DNA of 53,573 nt from positions 1-53,573 of the forward strand of contig JAGWLP010000002.1 of NCBI GenBank assembly GCA_028864905.1. The letters run 5' to 3'. The stretch comes from Gammaproteobacteria bacterium (GTDB taxonomy: Bacteria > Pseudomonadota > Gammaproteobacteria > Natronospirales > REEB76). Position numbers and translations under genes: made by a program. The notes below the pieces were generated by a model. It did not search any database. It saw nothing but the letters and a program-made list of their open reading frames with translations, and was not told the DNA's origin. Below are positions 1 through 10,336 of this stretch, in pieces; within the stretch, counting starts at the first letter, position 1, and the number at the start of each line of letters is the position of its first letter.

Positions 1-8
1 TACCCGGT

Positions 9-1463
9 TTACCCGACGGCACCTTCCAGCGAGACCGCCAGCAGGCCCTGGGCTTCCACCGCGAATTCCATCGGCAATTCCTTGAACACGTCCTTGCAGA
101 AGCCGCTCACCACCATGTTGACCGCATCTTCGGCGGAAATGCCGCGGCTGCGGCAGTAGAACAACTGGTCGTCGTCAATCTTCGAGGTGGTGGCCTCGTG
201 CTCCACCTTGGCGGTGGGATTCCTGACCTCCATGTACGGAAAAGTGTGCGCACCACAGCGGTTGCTGAGCAGCAAGGCGTCGCACTGGGTGAAATTGCGC
301 GCGTTGTCGGCGCCGCCCAGTACTTTCACCAGCCCGCGGTAGCTGTTCTGCGAGCGGCCGGCGGAAATACCCTTGGACACGATGGTGCTGCGGGTGTTCT
401 TGCCGATATGCAACATCTTGGTGCCAGTATCGGCCTGCTGGAAGTTGTTGGTGACCGCGACCGAGTAAAACTCGCCGATCGAATTGTCACCGCGCAGGAT
501 CACGCTCGGATACTTCCAGGTGATGGCCGATCCGGTTTCCACCTGGGTCCAGGCGATGTGTGAATTGGCGCCGCGGCATTCGCCGCGTTTGGTGACGAAA
601 TTGTAGATGCCGCCCTGGCCGTTGGCGTCGCCCGGATACCAGTTCTGCACCGTGGAATACTTGATGTGCGCGCCTTCGAGTGCGATCAATTCCACCACCG
701 CGGCGTGCAACTGATTGGTGTCGCGCATCGGCGCCGTGCATCCCTCGAGATAGCTCACGTAGGCGCCTTCTTCCGCGATGATGAGCGTGCGCTCGAACTG
801 GCCGGTGTTGGCGGCATTCATGCGGAAATAGGTGGACAGCTCCATGGGGCAGCGCACTCCCTTGGGCACGAACACGAACGAGCCGTCGCTGAATACCGCG
901 GAGTTGAGGCTGGCGAAGAAGTTGTCGGAATAGGGCACCACCGAACCGAGATACTGTTCCACCAGCTGCGGGTGATGCTGCACGGCATGCGAGAACGAGC
1001 AGAAAATGATGCCAACCTCCGCCAGCTTTTTGCGGAAAGTGGTAGCGACCGAAACCGAATCAAACACCGCGTCCACGGCCACGCCCGCCAACTTGGCGCG
1101 CTCGTGCAGCGGCACGCCCAGTTTCTCGTAGGTTTCCAGCAGCTTGGGATCCACGTCCGCAAGGCTTTTCGGACCCTCTTCTTTTTTTTGCGTCTTGGGC
1201 GCCGAGTAATAGGAGATTGCCTGATAATCGATCGGCGCATGCTGGACGTGCGCCCAATGCGGTTCTTGCATGGCGATCCAGTGACGGTAGGCCTTGAGGC
1301 GCCACGCGAGCATGAATTCCGGTTCGCCTTTTTTGGCCGAGATCAGCCGGATCACATCCTCGTTCAGGCCGGGCGGTACCGTGTCGGCTTCGATGTCGGT
1401 GACGAAACCGTGGCGGTACTCGCTGCGCATCAGCTTTTCCAGGTCAGTTGCGCGTTTGGCCAT
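9..1463 (-). CDS. sufB: Fe-S cluster assembly protein SufB
   Basis: ORF 9..1589 (-). The in-frame ATG at 1461-1463 gives [27 protein letters not shown], a typical SufB N-terminus. SufB-like sequence runs full length ([31 protein letters not shown]-terminal [10 protein letters not shown]). Confidence 0.95.
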   Translation of the reverse strand: MAKRATDLEKLMRSEYRHGFVTDIEADTVPPGLNEDVIRLISAKKGEPEFMLAWRLKAYRHWIAMQEPHWAHVQHAPIDYQAISYYSAPKTQKKEEGPKSLADVDPKLLETYEKLGVPLHERAKLAGVAVDAVFDSVSVATTFRKKLAEVGIIFCSFSHAVQHHPQLVEQYLGSVVPYSDNFFASLNSAVFSDGSFVFVPKGVRCPMELSTYFRMNAANTGQFERTLIIAEEGAYVSYLEGCTAPMRDTNQLHAAVVELIALEGAHIKYSTVQNWYPGDANGQGGIYNFVTKRGECRGANSHIAWTQVETGSAITWKYPSVILRGDNSIGEFYSVAVTNNFQQADTGTKMLHIGKNTRSTIVSKGISAGRSQNSYRGLVKVLGGADNARNFTQCDALLLSNRCGAHTFPYMEVRNPTAKVEHEATTSKIDDDQLFYCRSRGISAEDAVNMVVSGFCKDVFKELPMEFAVEAQGLLAVSLEGAVG

Positions 1464-1476
1464 GCGCTTGCCTCGT

Positions 1477-1944
1477 TCAGGTGCGGGAGTGGCGGGTGTG
1501 CGTGAGCAGCGCGCCAAAATCCATGTGCAGTGGTACCGCGGCAGTCGGCCGCGCAAGCTGCGCCAGGGTGACGGTACGCAGCGCTTCACGGATCGCCATG
1601 CTGATGCGCTGCCAGTTGTGACCGACGCCGCATACGGCTTCGAGGTTGCAGCGATCGTGCCCGAGGCTGCACTGGGTGATGGCGACCCGGCCTTCGACGG
1701 CGTCGATGATCTCCACCGCGGTAATGCGCTCCGGCGCGCGCGCCAGGCTGTATCCGCCGCGTGCGCCGCGCTGCGAGGTCACCAGGCCGGCGCGCGTGAA
1801 ACACTTGAGCAATTTGCTCACCGTGGGCACGGTCAGGTGCGTGGCGGTCGCCACATCTGAGGCGGCAAACATGTCCGCAGGCTTGCGGGCCATGTGGGCC
1901 AGCACCACGGTGCCATAGTCGGTCAGCTTGCTTACGCGCAGCAT
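1477..1944 (-). CDS. Rrf2-family transcriptional regulator (IscR/SUF-regulator-like)
   Basis: N-terminal w[25 protein letters not shown]...VPTVSKLLK...[17 protein letters not shown]. It has a Cys cluster ([16 protein letters not shown]) and lies immediately upstream of sufB on the same strand. Confidence 0.85.
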   Translation of the reverse strand: MLRVSKLTDYGTVVLAHMARKPADMFAASDVATATHLTVPTVSKLLKCFTRAGLVTSQRGARGGYSLARAPERITAVEIIDAVEGRVAITQCSLGHDRCNLEAVCGVGHNWQRISMAIREALRTVTLAQLARPTAAVPLHMDFGALLTHTRHSRT

Positions 1945-2030
1945 CGGTCTTGGACTCGGAAACGATATGGGACTATTCTAGTCCTGTTAACCGCAATAAC
2001 CAAATCCCAACCTTCTGATGGAGACTCTGC

Positions 2031-2420
2031 GTGTTCGATGAAGTCCGGCTGGCCCACATCATTTTCGCGGGCGGCAGTATTGTGCTGTTCGGGCTGCGCG
2101 GCGGGTTTACCGTGCTGGCGGCACGGCCGCTGCCGCAGCGCATCTGGAAGGTGCTGCCCCACATCGTGGACAGCCTGCTGCTCGCTATGGGCATCTGGCT
2201 CGCGGTGATGCTCAGGCTCAATCCCTTCCACGTCACCTGGCTGGGCGTGAAGATCCTGTGCGTGATCGGCTACATCGTGCTCGGCGTATTGGCGTTCCGC
2301 CTGCCGCGGCCACGCTGGCTGCGGTTTGCCCTGTTCGCGAGCGCCATCCTGCTGTTCGCGTTTATCGTGAGTATTGCGATTTTCCGGGATGCACGCGGTA
2401 TATTTGTGCTCATGGCTTGA
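2031..2420 (+). CDS. SirB2-family small membrane protein
   Basis: GTG start 8 nt after GGAG. The 129 aa product has about 4 TM segments and the motif KVLPHIVDSLLL typical of the SirB family as I recall it. Confidence 0.6.
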   Translation: MFDEVRLAHIIFAGGSIVLFGLRGGFTVLAARPLPQRIWKVLPHIVDSLLLAMGIWLAVMLRLNPFHVTWLGVKILCVIGYIVLGVLAFRLPRPRWLRFALFASAILLFAFIVSIAIFRDARGIFVLMA

Positions 2421-2434
2421 CCCAGGAGCGCGCC

Positions 2435-2740
2435 ATGGCACAGGAATTTGCCGACTTCCGCAGGTTTTACGGTTTCTATCTGAGCGAGCATCGCAATCGC
2501 AGCAACCGGCGGCTGCATTTCATCGGCAGCGGGCTGGTGCTGCTCACGCTGATCGGCGTGTTGGTCAGTCACTGGTGGTGGGGTTTCATATTGATGCCGG
2601 TTTTTGGCTATGGCTTCGCCTGGGTCGGGCACTTCTTCTTCGAAAAGAATCGCCCCGCGACCTTCAAGTATCCATTGCGCAGTCTCGCAGGTGACTGGGT
2701 GATGTTCCGCGACATTTTGTTGCGGCGCATTCCGTTCTAG
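2435..2740 (+). CDS. DUF962 (Mpo1-like) membrane protein
   Basis: Internal ATG at 2435 of ORF 2258..2740. Motifs YLSEHRNRSNRRLHFIG and WVGHFFFEKNRPATFKYPLRSL are characteristic of the DUF962 family. Confidence 0.75.
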   Translation: MAQEFADFRRFYGFYLSEHRNRSNRRLHFIGSGLVLLTLIGVLVSHWWWGFILMPVFGYGFAWVGHFFFEKNRPATFKYPLRSLAGDWVMFRDILLRRIPF

Positions 2741-2818
2741 ACTGATTCTCAATTTTCTCTTACTTAAGTAAAATACCCGATCTCCGATAACCGGGAATCC
2801 CGCTGCTCAGGGGAAAGT

Positions 2819-3448
2819 GTGCGCATGCATCCGTGGTACACAAGTTGGCTGTTGTGGCCGGCCGTCGCAGTGCTGGCCTGCCTGCTGGCAGCCGTTATTG
2901 CCATTTTCATCTGGCTGCGCCTCACGGCGGTGCGTCGAGACATGCTCGGGACGTTGCGCAACATTGCCGACCGGCTGATGCGCGACATGGTGCTGCCGGA
3001 CGGTGTCGGCGGCCATATCGGAGTGGACGCGCTGCTGCTGCGCGACGGCAAGCTCTACTTGCTGCTGCTGCGCCACGCCGACGGTGCAGTGTTTGCCGGC
3101 AGCAAAATGGACCAGTGGAGCGCTGTGGGGCGGCGACGATTCGTGTTCCGCAATCCGCTGCACGCACTGCAGGACCGTAGCATTGCGCTGCGTGCATTGA
3201 CGCCGGAGCTGAACATCGTGCCGCGCGTGCTGTTTACCGGCAAGTGTCATTTTCCCAAAGGCTGTCCAGCCGAAGTGGAGTTGTTCGAGGATTTCGCCCG
3301 CCCGCTGCGGCGCAAGAAAAAGCCGGCAGTCACGCTGGATACCGGGCTTGAGGCTGCGTGGACCCGGTTACGCGAAGCCGCCGGCGTTCACGCCGACGAG
3401 GAACTGCCGGCGGTCAAGCCCCAATCATCCGATGCGCCGGCAGGCTGA
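2819..3448 (+). CDS. membrane-anchored NERD-domain protein
   Basis: N-terminal TM (WLLWPAVAVLACLLAAVIAIFIWL) followed by a NERD-like core (GHIGVDALLLRDGKLYLLLLRHADGAVFAGSKMDQWS). The start may be the ATG at 2825. Confidence 0.55.
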   Translation: MRMHPWYTSWLLWPAVAVLACLLAAVIAIFIWLRLTAVRRDMLGTLRNIADRLMRDMVLPDGVGGHIGVDALLLRDGKLYLLLLRHADGAVFAGSKMDQWSAVGRRRFVFRNPLHALQDRSIALRALTPELNIVPRVLFTGKCHFPKGCPAEVELFEDFARPLRRKKKPAVTLDTGLEAAWTRLREAAGVHADEELPAVKPQSSDAPAG

Positions 3449-3535
3449 CAGCGCCACCCATCAGCATCGCCGCAAGATCCCACTGCGGTCTCCACAGCTA
3501 CGGCGATCCCGCGTGCCGCCCGTTCATCAGGCACA

Positions 3536-4951
3536 TTACCCGGGATTGCGCGCCCTGTGGTCAGCCAGCACCTGCGCCACGCAGGCGGTGAGTTTCTTGG
3601 CGGTGGGAATGTGCAGGAATTCATTCGGACCGTGCGCATTGGCATGCGGACCCAGGAGGCCGGTCACCAGGAACTGCGCCTTGGGGAATTTCTTGCCGAG
3701 CATACCCATGAAGGGAATGCTGCCGCCGGTACCCATGTACATCGCGGCCTTGCCAAAAAATGCCTTCGAGGCCGCCTGCATCGAGCGCTCCAGCCACGGC
3801 GCCACAGATGGCGCGTTCCAGCCGCCCATGGCCGGATCGGACGTGAATTTGATGCGTGCGCCGTAGGGCGGATCTTTTTCCAGCAAGCGTTTGATTTCGG
3901 CGGTCGCCTTGCGTGCATCCGCGGTCGGCGGCAAGCGGAATGAAAGCTTCACTGCGGTGTGTGGCCGCAACACGTTGCCGGCACTTTCGATGGCAGGCAG
4001 GCCTTCGGCGCCGGTAACGGAAAGCGTTGCGCCCCAGGTATTTTCCGTCAGCAGTTTGGCAGGCTGCAAGGACGTAGGCCGCATGCCTTTCACGAACGGA
4101 AACTTTCCGTACACACTCTTGCCAAGCACCGTGGCAGCTTTGCGGATTTGCGCACGGCGTTGCGCCGGAATGACCGGTTTCAGGCTTTTCACCTTGCTCG
4201 CGCCCGTGGCGCTGTTTTCCACGCGATCGAGCAGCGTGCGCAGAATGCGGAAGCTCGAGGGCACGATGGGACTCGCAGCGCCGGAATGCACGCCCTCGGT
4301 GAGCACATCCACGGCGAGCGTGCCGGTCAGGTTGCCGCGCAGGGAGGTGGTGCACCAGAGCTGGTCGTAGTTGCCGCACTCGGCATCGAGACACACCACC
4401 AGACTCACTTTGCCGAGTCGCTCGCCCAATTGGGAAATGTAATACGGCAGGTCGAGGCTGCCGGATTCCTCGCAGCATTCGATGACCACGACGCAGCGCG
4501 CGTGCGCAAGGTTCTGATCGTGCAAGGCGCGGATCGCGGTGAGCGAGGCAAATACCGCGTAGCCGTCGTCTGCGCCGCCGCGGCCGTAAAGCCTGTCATC
4601 GCGGCGCATCGGTGTCCACGGATCCAGACCCTCGGCCCAGCCGGTGAATTCCGGTTGCTTGTCGAGATGACCGTAGAGCAGCACGGTGTCCGTGCCTGCG
4701 CCGGGAATTTCAATGAACAACAGCGGGGTGCGACCTTCAGCCCGCAGGATTTCAAGCTGCATGCCCGGAACTGCGTTACGGCGGCACCACTCGGCTGCGA
4801 GTTGCACGGCGCGCTCCATGTGGCCGTGCTGCTGCCAATTGCGGTCAAAGGCGACCGACTTGTTGGGAATGCGGATGTAATCCTGAATCGTAGGCAGTAT
4901 GGAATCGTCCCAGTTGTGGCTGACGAACTGCTGGATTTTTTCTTGATTCAC
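3536..4951 (-). CDS. M20-family dipeptidase (cytosolic non-specific dipeptidase-like)
   Basis: GTG start with upstream GGAG. Motifs LLYGHLDKQP, YGRGGADDGY and VIECCEESGS are typical of M20 metallopeptidases. Confidence 0.85.
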   Translation of the reverse strand: MNQEKIQQFVSHNWDDSILPTIQDYIRIPNKSVAFDRNWQQHGHMERAVQLAAEWCRRNAVPGMQLEILRAEGRTPLLFIEIPGAGTDTVLLYGHLDKQPEFTGWAEGLDPWTPMRRDDRLYGRGGADDGYAVFASLTAIRALHDQNLAHARCVVVIECCEESGSLDLPYYISQLGERLGKVSLVVCLDAECGNYDQLWCTTSLRGNLTGTLAVDVLTEGVHSGAASPIVPSSFRILRTLLDRVENSATGASKVKSLKPVIPAQRRAQIRKAATVLGKSVYGKFPFVKGMRPTSLQPAKLLTENTWGATLSVTGAEGLPAIESAGNVLRPHTAVKLSFRLPPTADARKATAEIKRLLEKDPPYGARIKFTSDPAMGGWNAPSVAPWLERSMQAASKAFFGKAAMYMGTGGSIPFMGMLGKKFPKAQFLVTGLLGPHANAHGPNEFLHIPTAKKLTACVAQVLADHRARNPG

Positions 4952-4985
4952 TGTGGTCTCCGGACAGGTGGAGCGATGCGTGTAC

Positions 4986-5792
4986 TCATTTTAACAGGAT
5001 GTTGAAAAAACGCCTGGCGTTGGCTGTGGTTTCATCGGCAACTTGCTTGCGGAGTTTAGCAACGCACTCCGCCACGGTCGCGCAGATATGTGCGAGGTAC
5101 ATCGGCTCGTTGCGGTGCGTGTGCGGCTTGGGATTGAGGTCGCGCGGCAGCAGATAAGGCGCGTCGGTTTCCAGCATCAGCCGGTCAGCGGGAATCAGCC
5201 TGACCAGTTCGCGCAGATGCCTGCCGCGGCGCTCGTCGCAGATCCAACCGGTGATACCGATGTGGCAATCGAGTTCCAGGTAGTCCCGCAGCTCCTGCTC
5301 GCCATCGGTGAAACAATGTACGACTGCGGCGGACAACCGTGGCCGCCAGCGCCGCAGAATCGCCGTGAAATCAGCATGCGCGTCGCGCTGGTGCAGGAAT
5401 ACCGGCTTGCCGGTTGTCGCGGCCAGTTTCAGTTGGGTTTCAAAAACCCGGCGTTGGTTGTCCTGCGGAGAAAAATTGCGGAAATAATCCAGTCCGCATT
5501 CACCTACGGCCACGACCTCGGGCGCGGCGAGCAGGGTGCGCAGTGCGGCCGGCGCGGCGGCATCAAATTCTTTGGCCTGGTGGGGATGCGTGCCGGCGGT
5601 GGCAAACAATGTGCCTGGCCATTGGCGACAGAGTTCCAGGGCTTTGCGGCTGTGCTCCAAATCACTGCCGGTGACGATGAATTGCGCCACACCGGCTGTT
5701 TGCGCGCGACGGATCACCGCTTCACGGTCGGCGTCAAAGCTGTCGTGGGTCAGATTGGCGCTGATGTCTATCAGTGCGTGGTGTGTGTTCAC
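4986..5792 (-). CDS. tatD: TatD-family metal-dependent DNase/hydrolase
   Basis: LIDISANLTHDSF...FIVTGSDLEHS...GECGLDYFRNFSP...FLHQRDAHADF...HCFTDG...ETDAPYL. I prefer the GTG at 5790-5792, which overlaps the mtfA stop as GTGA. The track ATG at 5825 would overlap mtfA by 37 nt. Confidence 0.85.
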   Translation of the reverse strand: MNTHHALIDISANLTHDSFDADREAVIRRAQTAGVAQFIVTGSDLEHSRKALELCRQWPGTLFATAGTHPHQAKEFDAAAPAALRTLLAAPEVVAVGECGLDYFRNFSPQDNQRRVFETQLKLAATTGKPVFLHQRDAHADFTAILRRWRPRLSAAVVHCFTDGEQELRDYLELDCHIGITGWICDERRGRHLRELVRLIPADRLMLETDAPYLLPRDLNPKPHTHRNEPMYLAHICATVAECVAKLRKQVADETTANARRFFNILLK

Positions 5793-6550
5793 AAGCTGCT
5801 GGGATCCTGACGGTAAAAGAGACACAGTTGCCGATAAAGCTCCGGCAGATGCGTGCGCAATATAACCGGCGTTTCAAAAAAAGCTTCACTCGCCACCGCG
5901 AAGAACTCGCCGGGGTTCTCGAGACCGTAAGGGTCGAGCACGGTGATCTCGCCCGCCTGCCATGCGCGTTGCAATGCGGCATAGGCTTGCTTGAATGCGC
6001 GCGTCCATTCGCCACGCCGCATGTCTGGGTGCAGGGGTGGAAAGCCGTTGGCTTCGCCGTTCAACATGTCGAGCTTGTGCGCGAATTCGTGGATCACCAC
6101 GTTGTGTCCGGGCGGCGTGCCGGCTTGCATGACCGATTCCCAGGACAGGATCAGCGGGCCTTGTTGCCAGGATTCGCCGGCCATGACGCGGTGGTCGTGG
6201 TGCACCACGCCGGCCGCATCCACAAACTGGCGATTGGGAATGAACAGGCCTGGATAGAGCACCACGCCATGCCAACCGCGATACCATTTGAGGCCGAGAT
6301 TCAGGATCGGAATGCAGGCATGCACGGCCAGCAGCACGCGCATGCCATCGTCGAGCCGCAATCCCTGTACCGGCTCCAGTGATTTTTCCGCGAGGAACAG
6401 CGTTGCCAGCACCCGCAGACGGGCCTGCGCGCTGGCGCTGAGGCGGCGCGCAGGAGCGCAATGGTCGAGCGCCTGCCGCCAGGCGCGCTCGCCGATGGGC
6501 CGACGTTTGAGAATGGAACGTTCACGCCATTGGCGGAGAAAGGTCAGCAT
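5789..6550 (-). CDS. mtfA: MtfA-like zinc peptidase (M90, glucose-regulated metallopeptidase)
   Basis: HEFAHKLD zinc motif with downstream GEFFAVASEAFFETP. Size (253 aa) and overall pattern match MtfA. Confidence 0.85.
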   Translation of the reverse strand: MLTFLRQWRERSILKRRPIGERAWRQALDHCAPARRLSASAQARLRVLATLFLAEKSLEPVQGLRLDDGMRVLLAVHACIPILNLGLKWYRGWHGVVLYPGLFIPNRQFVDAAGVVHHDHRVMAGESWQQGPLILSWESVMQAGTPPGHNVVIHEFAHKLDMLNGEANGFPPLHPDMRRGEWTRAFKQAYAALQRAWQAGEITVLDPYGLENPGEFFAVASEAFFETPVILRTHLPELYRQLCLFYRQDPSSL

Positions 6551-6648
6551 GGGTGTACAGTGCCGGTCGTCAATCCATTATCCAATGGTGCCGGTGATCG
6601 CCCGCTGTCGGCATCAGATCCGGCACACTGTACGTGAGGAGGTGGAGC

Positions 6649-7053
6649 ATGTCTCCGGAGATGACCGTATTGGCGGTAGTCACGTTGTTTTACTTGTTTT
6701 CCTGGTTGCCGCTGTGGATCGCCCAATCCCAAACGTCCGGGTTTCAGTGGCTCGCAGGCAGCCGCGTCAGCGCAGAGCGGCCGCCGTTGCCGCCGGCCGC
6801 CGAGCGCGCGCTGCGTGCGCATGACAACCTGCGGGAAAATTATCCGCCGTTTGCAATTGCGGTTTTGCTGCTCGCTTTCACCGGCGGCTTTACCCAATAT
6901 ACGGCCTGGGCCTGCCTGGCCTTCCTGGCTGCGCGGCTGGTACATATGCCGGCTGGAATTCTGGGTGCGTCCTGGTTGCGCAGTTTCAGCTGGCTGCTGG
7001 GCATGGCTGCCACCCTGTACCTGCTGATTATGGCCCTCGTGGCGCTGCTCTAG
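6649..7053 (+). CDS. MAPEG-family membrane protein
   Basis: ATG at 6649 lies 7 nt after GAGGAGG. The protein has about 4 TM segments and the motif RAHDNLRENYPPFAIAVLL typical of MAPEG proteins. Confidence 0.7.
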   Translation: MSPEMTVLAVVTLFYLFSWLPLWIAQSQTSGFQWLAGSRVSAERPPLPPAAERALRAHDNLRENYPPFAIAVLLLAFTGGFTQYTAWACLAFLAARLVHMPAGILGASWLRSFSWLLGMAATLYLLIMALVALL

Positions 7054-7251
7054 CCCACCCCTGGGCGGTGCCCATAGAATCATGGGGTCCCGCAATTCAC
7101 CGTTTCGCTGACCCTCGGAGCAGGCTCGATGCGTACGCCGTTCCGGGAAATCGTTGACGGTTTTTCCGCGTGATTGTGCTTGCTGTTGCTGGCGGCACTT
7201 GTGTGAATCGAATGGCGCTACAGAACTGAAATCCAGAAAGTGAAAGAACCG

Positions 7252-7962
7252 ATGGGCATGTTGGGATCACCGGAATACCGCTGGCGCCGCAGTACACGCG
7301 CGAAACAGCTGCAGGTGCGCATCACGCCGTGGCAGGGGATCGAGGTGGTGATTCCCACGCACACCAGCAAGGAGCGCGTGCGTGCGTTTCTTGCCCGGCA
7401 ACGCCAGTGGATACGCAGCACTTGGTCGGAGATGCAGTCACAGCTCACCGATGCAGATCAGGAATTGCCCAGAGACCTCGACCTGCAGGCGCTGGGTGAA
7501 CACTGGCAGGTTCAATATCGCAAGGGGATCACGTCTGGGGTCCGCATTCACTGCGCGGGCCGGAACCTGACCGTGCTGCATACCGATGCCGATAACTCGC
7601 GGTGCCGAGGCGCGCTGCGCCGCTGGCTGACGCGTCGTGCACGTGCCTGCCTGGAACCACAGGCCCTGCGCTTGTGCGCGCTCATGCAAGCCAGTTACCG
7701 GCGACTGCAGATACGCGGCCAGACCAGCCGCTGGGGCAGCTGTTCTTCCAGTGGCACGCTCAGCCTGAATTACAAATTGCTGTTTCTCGAGCCGCGGTTG
7801 GTGCACTATCTGCTGGTGCACGAACTGGCACACACCCGCGTGCTCAGTCACGCGCCGCGTTTCTGGAAACTGGTGGCACACTACGAACCGCGCTGGCGCG
7901 AGCTGGATCGGGAGCTGGGCGAGGCCTGGCGCGATGTGCCGGCGTGGGTGGAGTTGAAATAA
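7252..7962 (+). CDS. YgjP-like M48/DUF45 metal-dependent hydrolase
   Basis: C-terminal HELAH motif (LLVHELAHTRVLSHAPRFW) and N-terminal RRSTRAKQLQVRITP pattern. The start is ambiguous (GTG 7240, ATG 7252 or 7258). Confidence 0.8.
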   Translation: MGMLGSPEYRWRRSTRAKQLQVRITPWQGIEVVIPTHTSKERVRAFLARQRQWIRSTWSEMQSQLTDADQELPRDLDLQALGEHWQVQYRKGITSGVRIHCAGRNLTVLHTDADNSRCRGALRRWLTRRARACLEPQALRLCALMQASYRRLQIRGQTSRWGSCSSSGTLSLNYKLLFLEPRLVHYLLVHELAHTRVLSHAPRFWKLVAHYEPRWRELDRELGEAWRDVPAWVELK

Positions 7963-8051
7963 CGACGTGCGCGGGGCGAGAACTTTGCTGATTTCTCCCT
8001 GACCCACAAATTGCCTTTGCGCGTCCATGCCGACCCGCATGAGGCTAAAGC

Positions 8052-8873
8052 TCAATCGAGAAACAGGTCAGGCGCCAGCGGGCTGCCGGGTCTGACCGCA
8101 TATTTGTCCAAATCGGTTACGCCTTCCTCGCGCAGCACTTCGTCATCAATGAAAAAATGACCTGAGCAGGTCTTGGCATCACGCGTCAGGATGGCATGCG
8201 CGGCGTCGGCGACGATTTCCGGCGTGCGGCATTGCTCCGCCGCCACGCGCCCGCCAAGCATGGCGATGGCTGCCGTGGCGATCACGGTGCGCGGCCAGAG
8301 TGCATTGACCGCCACGCGTCCGGAGAATTCCGCGGCCATGCCGAGCGCACACAAGCTCATGCCGTACTTGGAGATGGTGTAGGCGGTGTGTCTCGCGAAC
8401 CATTTGGCCGCGAGATTGGGCGGCGGCGCAAGATTGAGAATGTGCGGATTTGCGGCCTGCAACAGCTGCGGCAGAACGGCTTGCGAACACAGAAAGGTGC
8501 CGCGCAGATTCACCGACATCATCAGGTCGAAGCGTTTCATGGGCGTATCCGCGGTACCTGCGAGCCAGATGGCGCTGGCGTTGTTCACCAGGATATCGAT
8601 GCCGCCGAAGCGTTCCACCGCCTGGGCGACTGCCGCCTGCACGGATTCCTCCTCGCGCACGTCGGTCTGAACAGCCAGCGCCCGGCCACCGGCCTTTTCG
8701 ACTTCGGCCGCCATCGTGTGGATGGTGCCGGGCAGCTTGGGATTGGGCTGCGCGGATTTGGCGGCAATCACGATGCTGGCGCCATCGGCCGCCGCACGCA
8801 GTGCAATGGCCGCGCCGATGCCGCGGCTCGCGCCGGTGATGAACAGGGTTTTGCCTTTTAACGTGCGTTCCAT
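8052..8873 (-). CDS. SDR-family oxidoreductase (HSDL2-like)
   Basis: TGASRGIG cofactor motif, NNAS, and a Y-x3-K catalytic pair (YTISKYG). Confidence 0.85.
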   Translation of the reverse strand: MERTLKGKTLFITGASRGIGAAIALRAAADGASIVIAAKSAQPNPKLPGTIHTMAAEVEKAGGRALAVQTDVREEESVQAAVAQAVERFGGIDILVNNASAIWLAGTADTPMKRFDLMMSVNLRGTFLCSQAVLPQLLQAANPHILNLAPPPNLAAKWFARHTAYTISKYGMSLCALGMAAEFSGRVAVNALWPRTVIATAAIAMLGGRVAAEQCRTPEIVADAAHAILTRDAKTCSGHFFIDDEVLREEGVTDLDKYAVRPGSPLAPDLFLD

Positions 8874-8936
8874 GAATGCGCTCCTTGCGGGTGCCCGGAA
8901 TTATACTTTTCCACGACGTATTTATGAGGAAGTGGT

Positions 8937-9785
8937 ATGCGATACACCACGCTGGTTGATGCGGAAACCTTGGCGCGCCAACTTGATTCCGGGTGGCGCA
9001 TATTTGACTGCCGCTTTGAGCTTGTCGATCCATTCGCCGGTGAGCGCGCGTATGTCGCCGGACATATCCCTGGTGCGCACTATCTGCATCTGGACAGGGA
9101 CTTGGCTTCCGCCGTGACGGCTGCGAGCGGGCGCCATCCCTTGCCGGAGCCGGAGGTCTTGGCGGCGAAACTTGCGGCAGCTGGCGTGGGTGCCGGCACC
9201 CAGGTTGTGGCTTATGACGATGCGGCCGGTGCTTTTGCCGCGCGGCTCTGGTGGCTGCTGCGCTGGCTGGGTCATCCGCAAGTCGCGGTGCTTGATGGCG
9301 GCTGGACGCAGTGGCACAGGGAAGGTCGGCCGGTCAGTCACGAGCCACCGCCGGTGTCGGCACGGGGTAAATTCCAGGCCCGACCGGATGACAGCATGTG
9401 GCTCAGTTCGGCCTTGGTGCTGGAGCGTATGCGTTCCGGGGCGGGCCGGCTGCTGGATGCGCGCGCCGCCGAGCGTTTCCGCGGTGAACAGGAGCCGATT
9501 GATGCAGTGGCCGGCCATGTACCGGGCGCCGTCAACCTGCCGTACTTGGGGAACATTTCGGGGGATGGACGATTCCAATCAGCAGAGGCGCTGCGTAGGC
9601 GCCTCATCGCCGCCCTCGACGGCGCGGCACCGGGCGAGACTGTCTGCATGTGTGGCTCCGGTGTCACGGCCTGTCACAACCTGCTGGCCATGGAGGTGGC
9701 GGGATTGAGCGGCGGCCGGCTGTACGCCGGTTCCTGGAGTGAGTGGATACGCGACGCATCGCGACCGGTAGCGCGGGGTTCGTGA
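8937..9785 (+). CDS. sseA: 3-mercaptopyruvate/thiosulfate sulfurtransferase (tandem rhodanese)
   Basis: Two rhodanese domains. The active-site loop is CMCGSGVTACH. The N-terminal motif is YVAGHIPGAHYLHLD. Confidence 0.85.
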   Translation: MRYTTLVDAETLARQLDSGWRIFDCRFELVDPFAGERAYVAGHIPGAHYLHLDRDLASAVTAASGRHPLPEPEVLAAKLAAAGVGAGTQVVAYDDAAGAFAARLWWLLRWLGHPQVAVLDGGWTQWHREGRPVSHEPPPVSARGKFQARPDDSMWLSSALVLERMRSGAGRLLDARAAERFRGEQEPIDAVAGHVPGAVNLPYLGNISGDGRFQSAEALRRRLIAALDGAAPGETVCMCGSGVTACHNLLAMEVAGLSGGRLYAGSWSEWIRDASRPVARGS

Positions 9786-9867
9786 TGATATTGGCCATTA
9801 CAACGTAATTCTTCGTATTTTTGCGCTATACTTTGAACGTGTTCCGGGTTTGGCCCGGAGGAGGTGG

Positions 9868-10296
9868 ATGATGAACGCTCGATCTTGTGCATGGGTGCTC
9901 GGCCTGATGCTGACAGCCATGGGCGCGGCGACCATGGCGGCCTCGCCGTTTGTGGGATCGCGCAGCGAACCCCATGGCGTGCTGTATCTCAATGTGAACC
10001 AGACCGCCAAGCAGATCTGGCCGGTAAAAATCTGGGCGGTGGACGGCGAGCTGACCAACCGTTCCGACCAGGGCGTGTTATGGATCAAACCCGGCGATTA
10101 CACCTTCAACATCAAGCTGGGCGCGGTCAACATCGCCGATGTTCCGGGTCTCTCGCGCAGTGCTGCCTACGGACAGAAGGCGCACGAGTTGAAGCTGAAC
10201 GTGCAGGCCGGCACCGCCTATTACATCGGCGCCAAATTTGCGGCTTCGGGCAAATGGCAGCCCGTAGTGTGGAAGACGGAAGCCGCCAAGTATTGA
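9868..10296 (+). CDS. secreted protein of unknown function, paralog A
   Basis: ATG at 9868 after GGAGGAGG. It has a signal peptide (CAWVLGLMLTAMGAATMAAS) and resembles the next gene along its whole length. Confidence 0.6.
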   Translation: MMNARSCAWVLGLMLTAMGAATMAASPFVGSRSEPHGVLYLNVNQTAKQIWPVKIWAVDGELTNRSDQGVLWIKPGDYTFNIKLGAVNIADVPGLSRSAAYGQKAHELKLNVQAGTAYYIGAKFAASGKWQPVVWKTEAAKY

Positions 10297-10336
10297 GTTT
10301 TTGCTTGCAGCTGCACCTGCGCGCAGGAGGTAATCC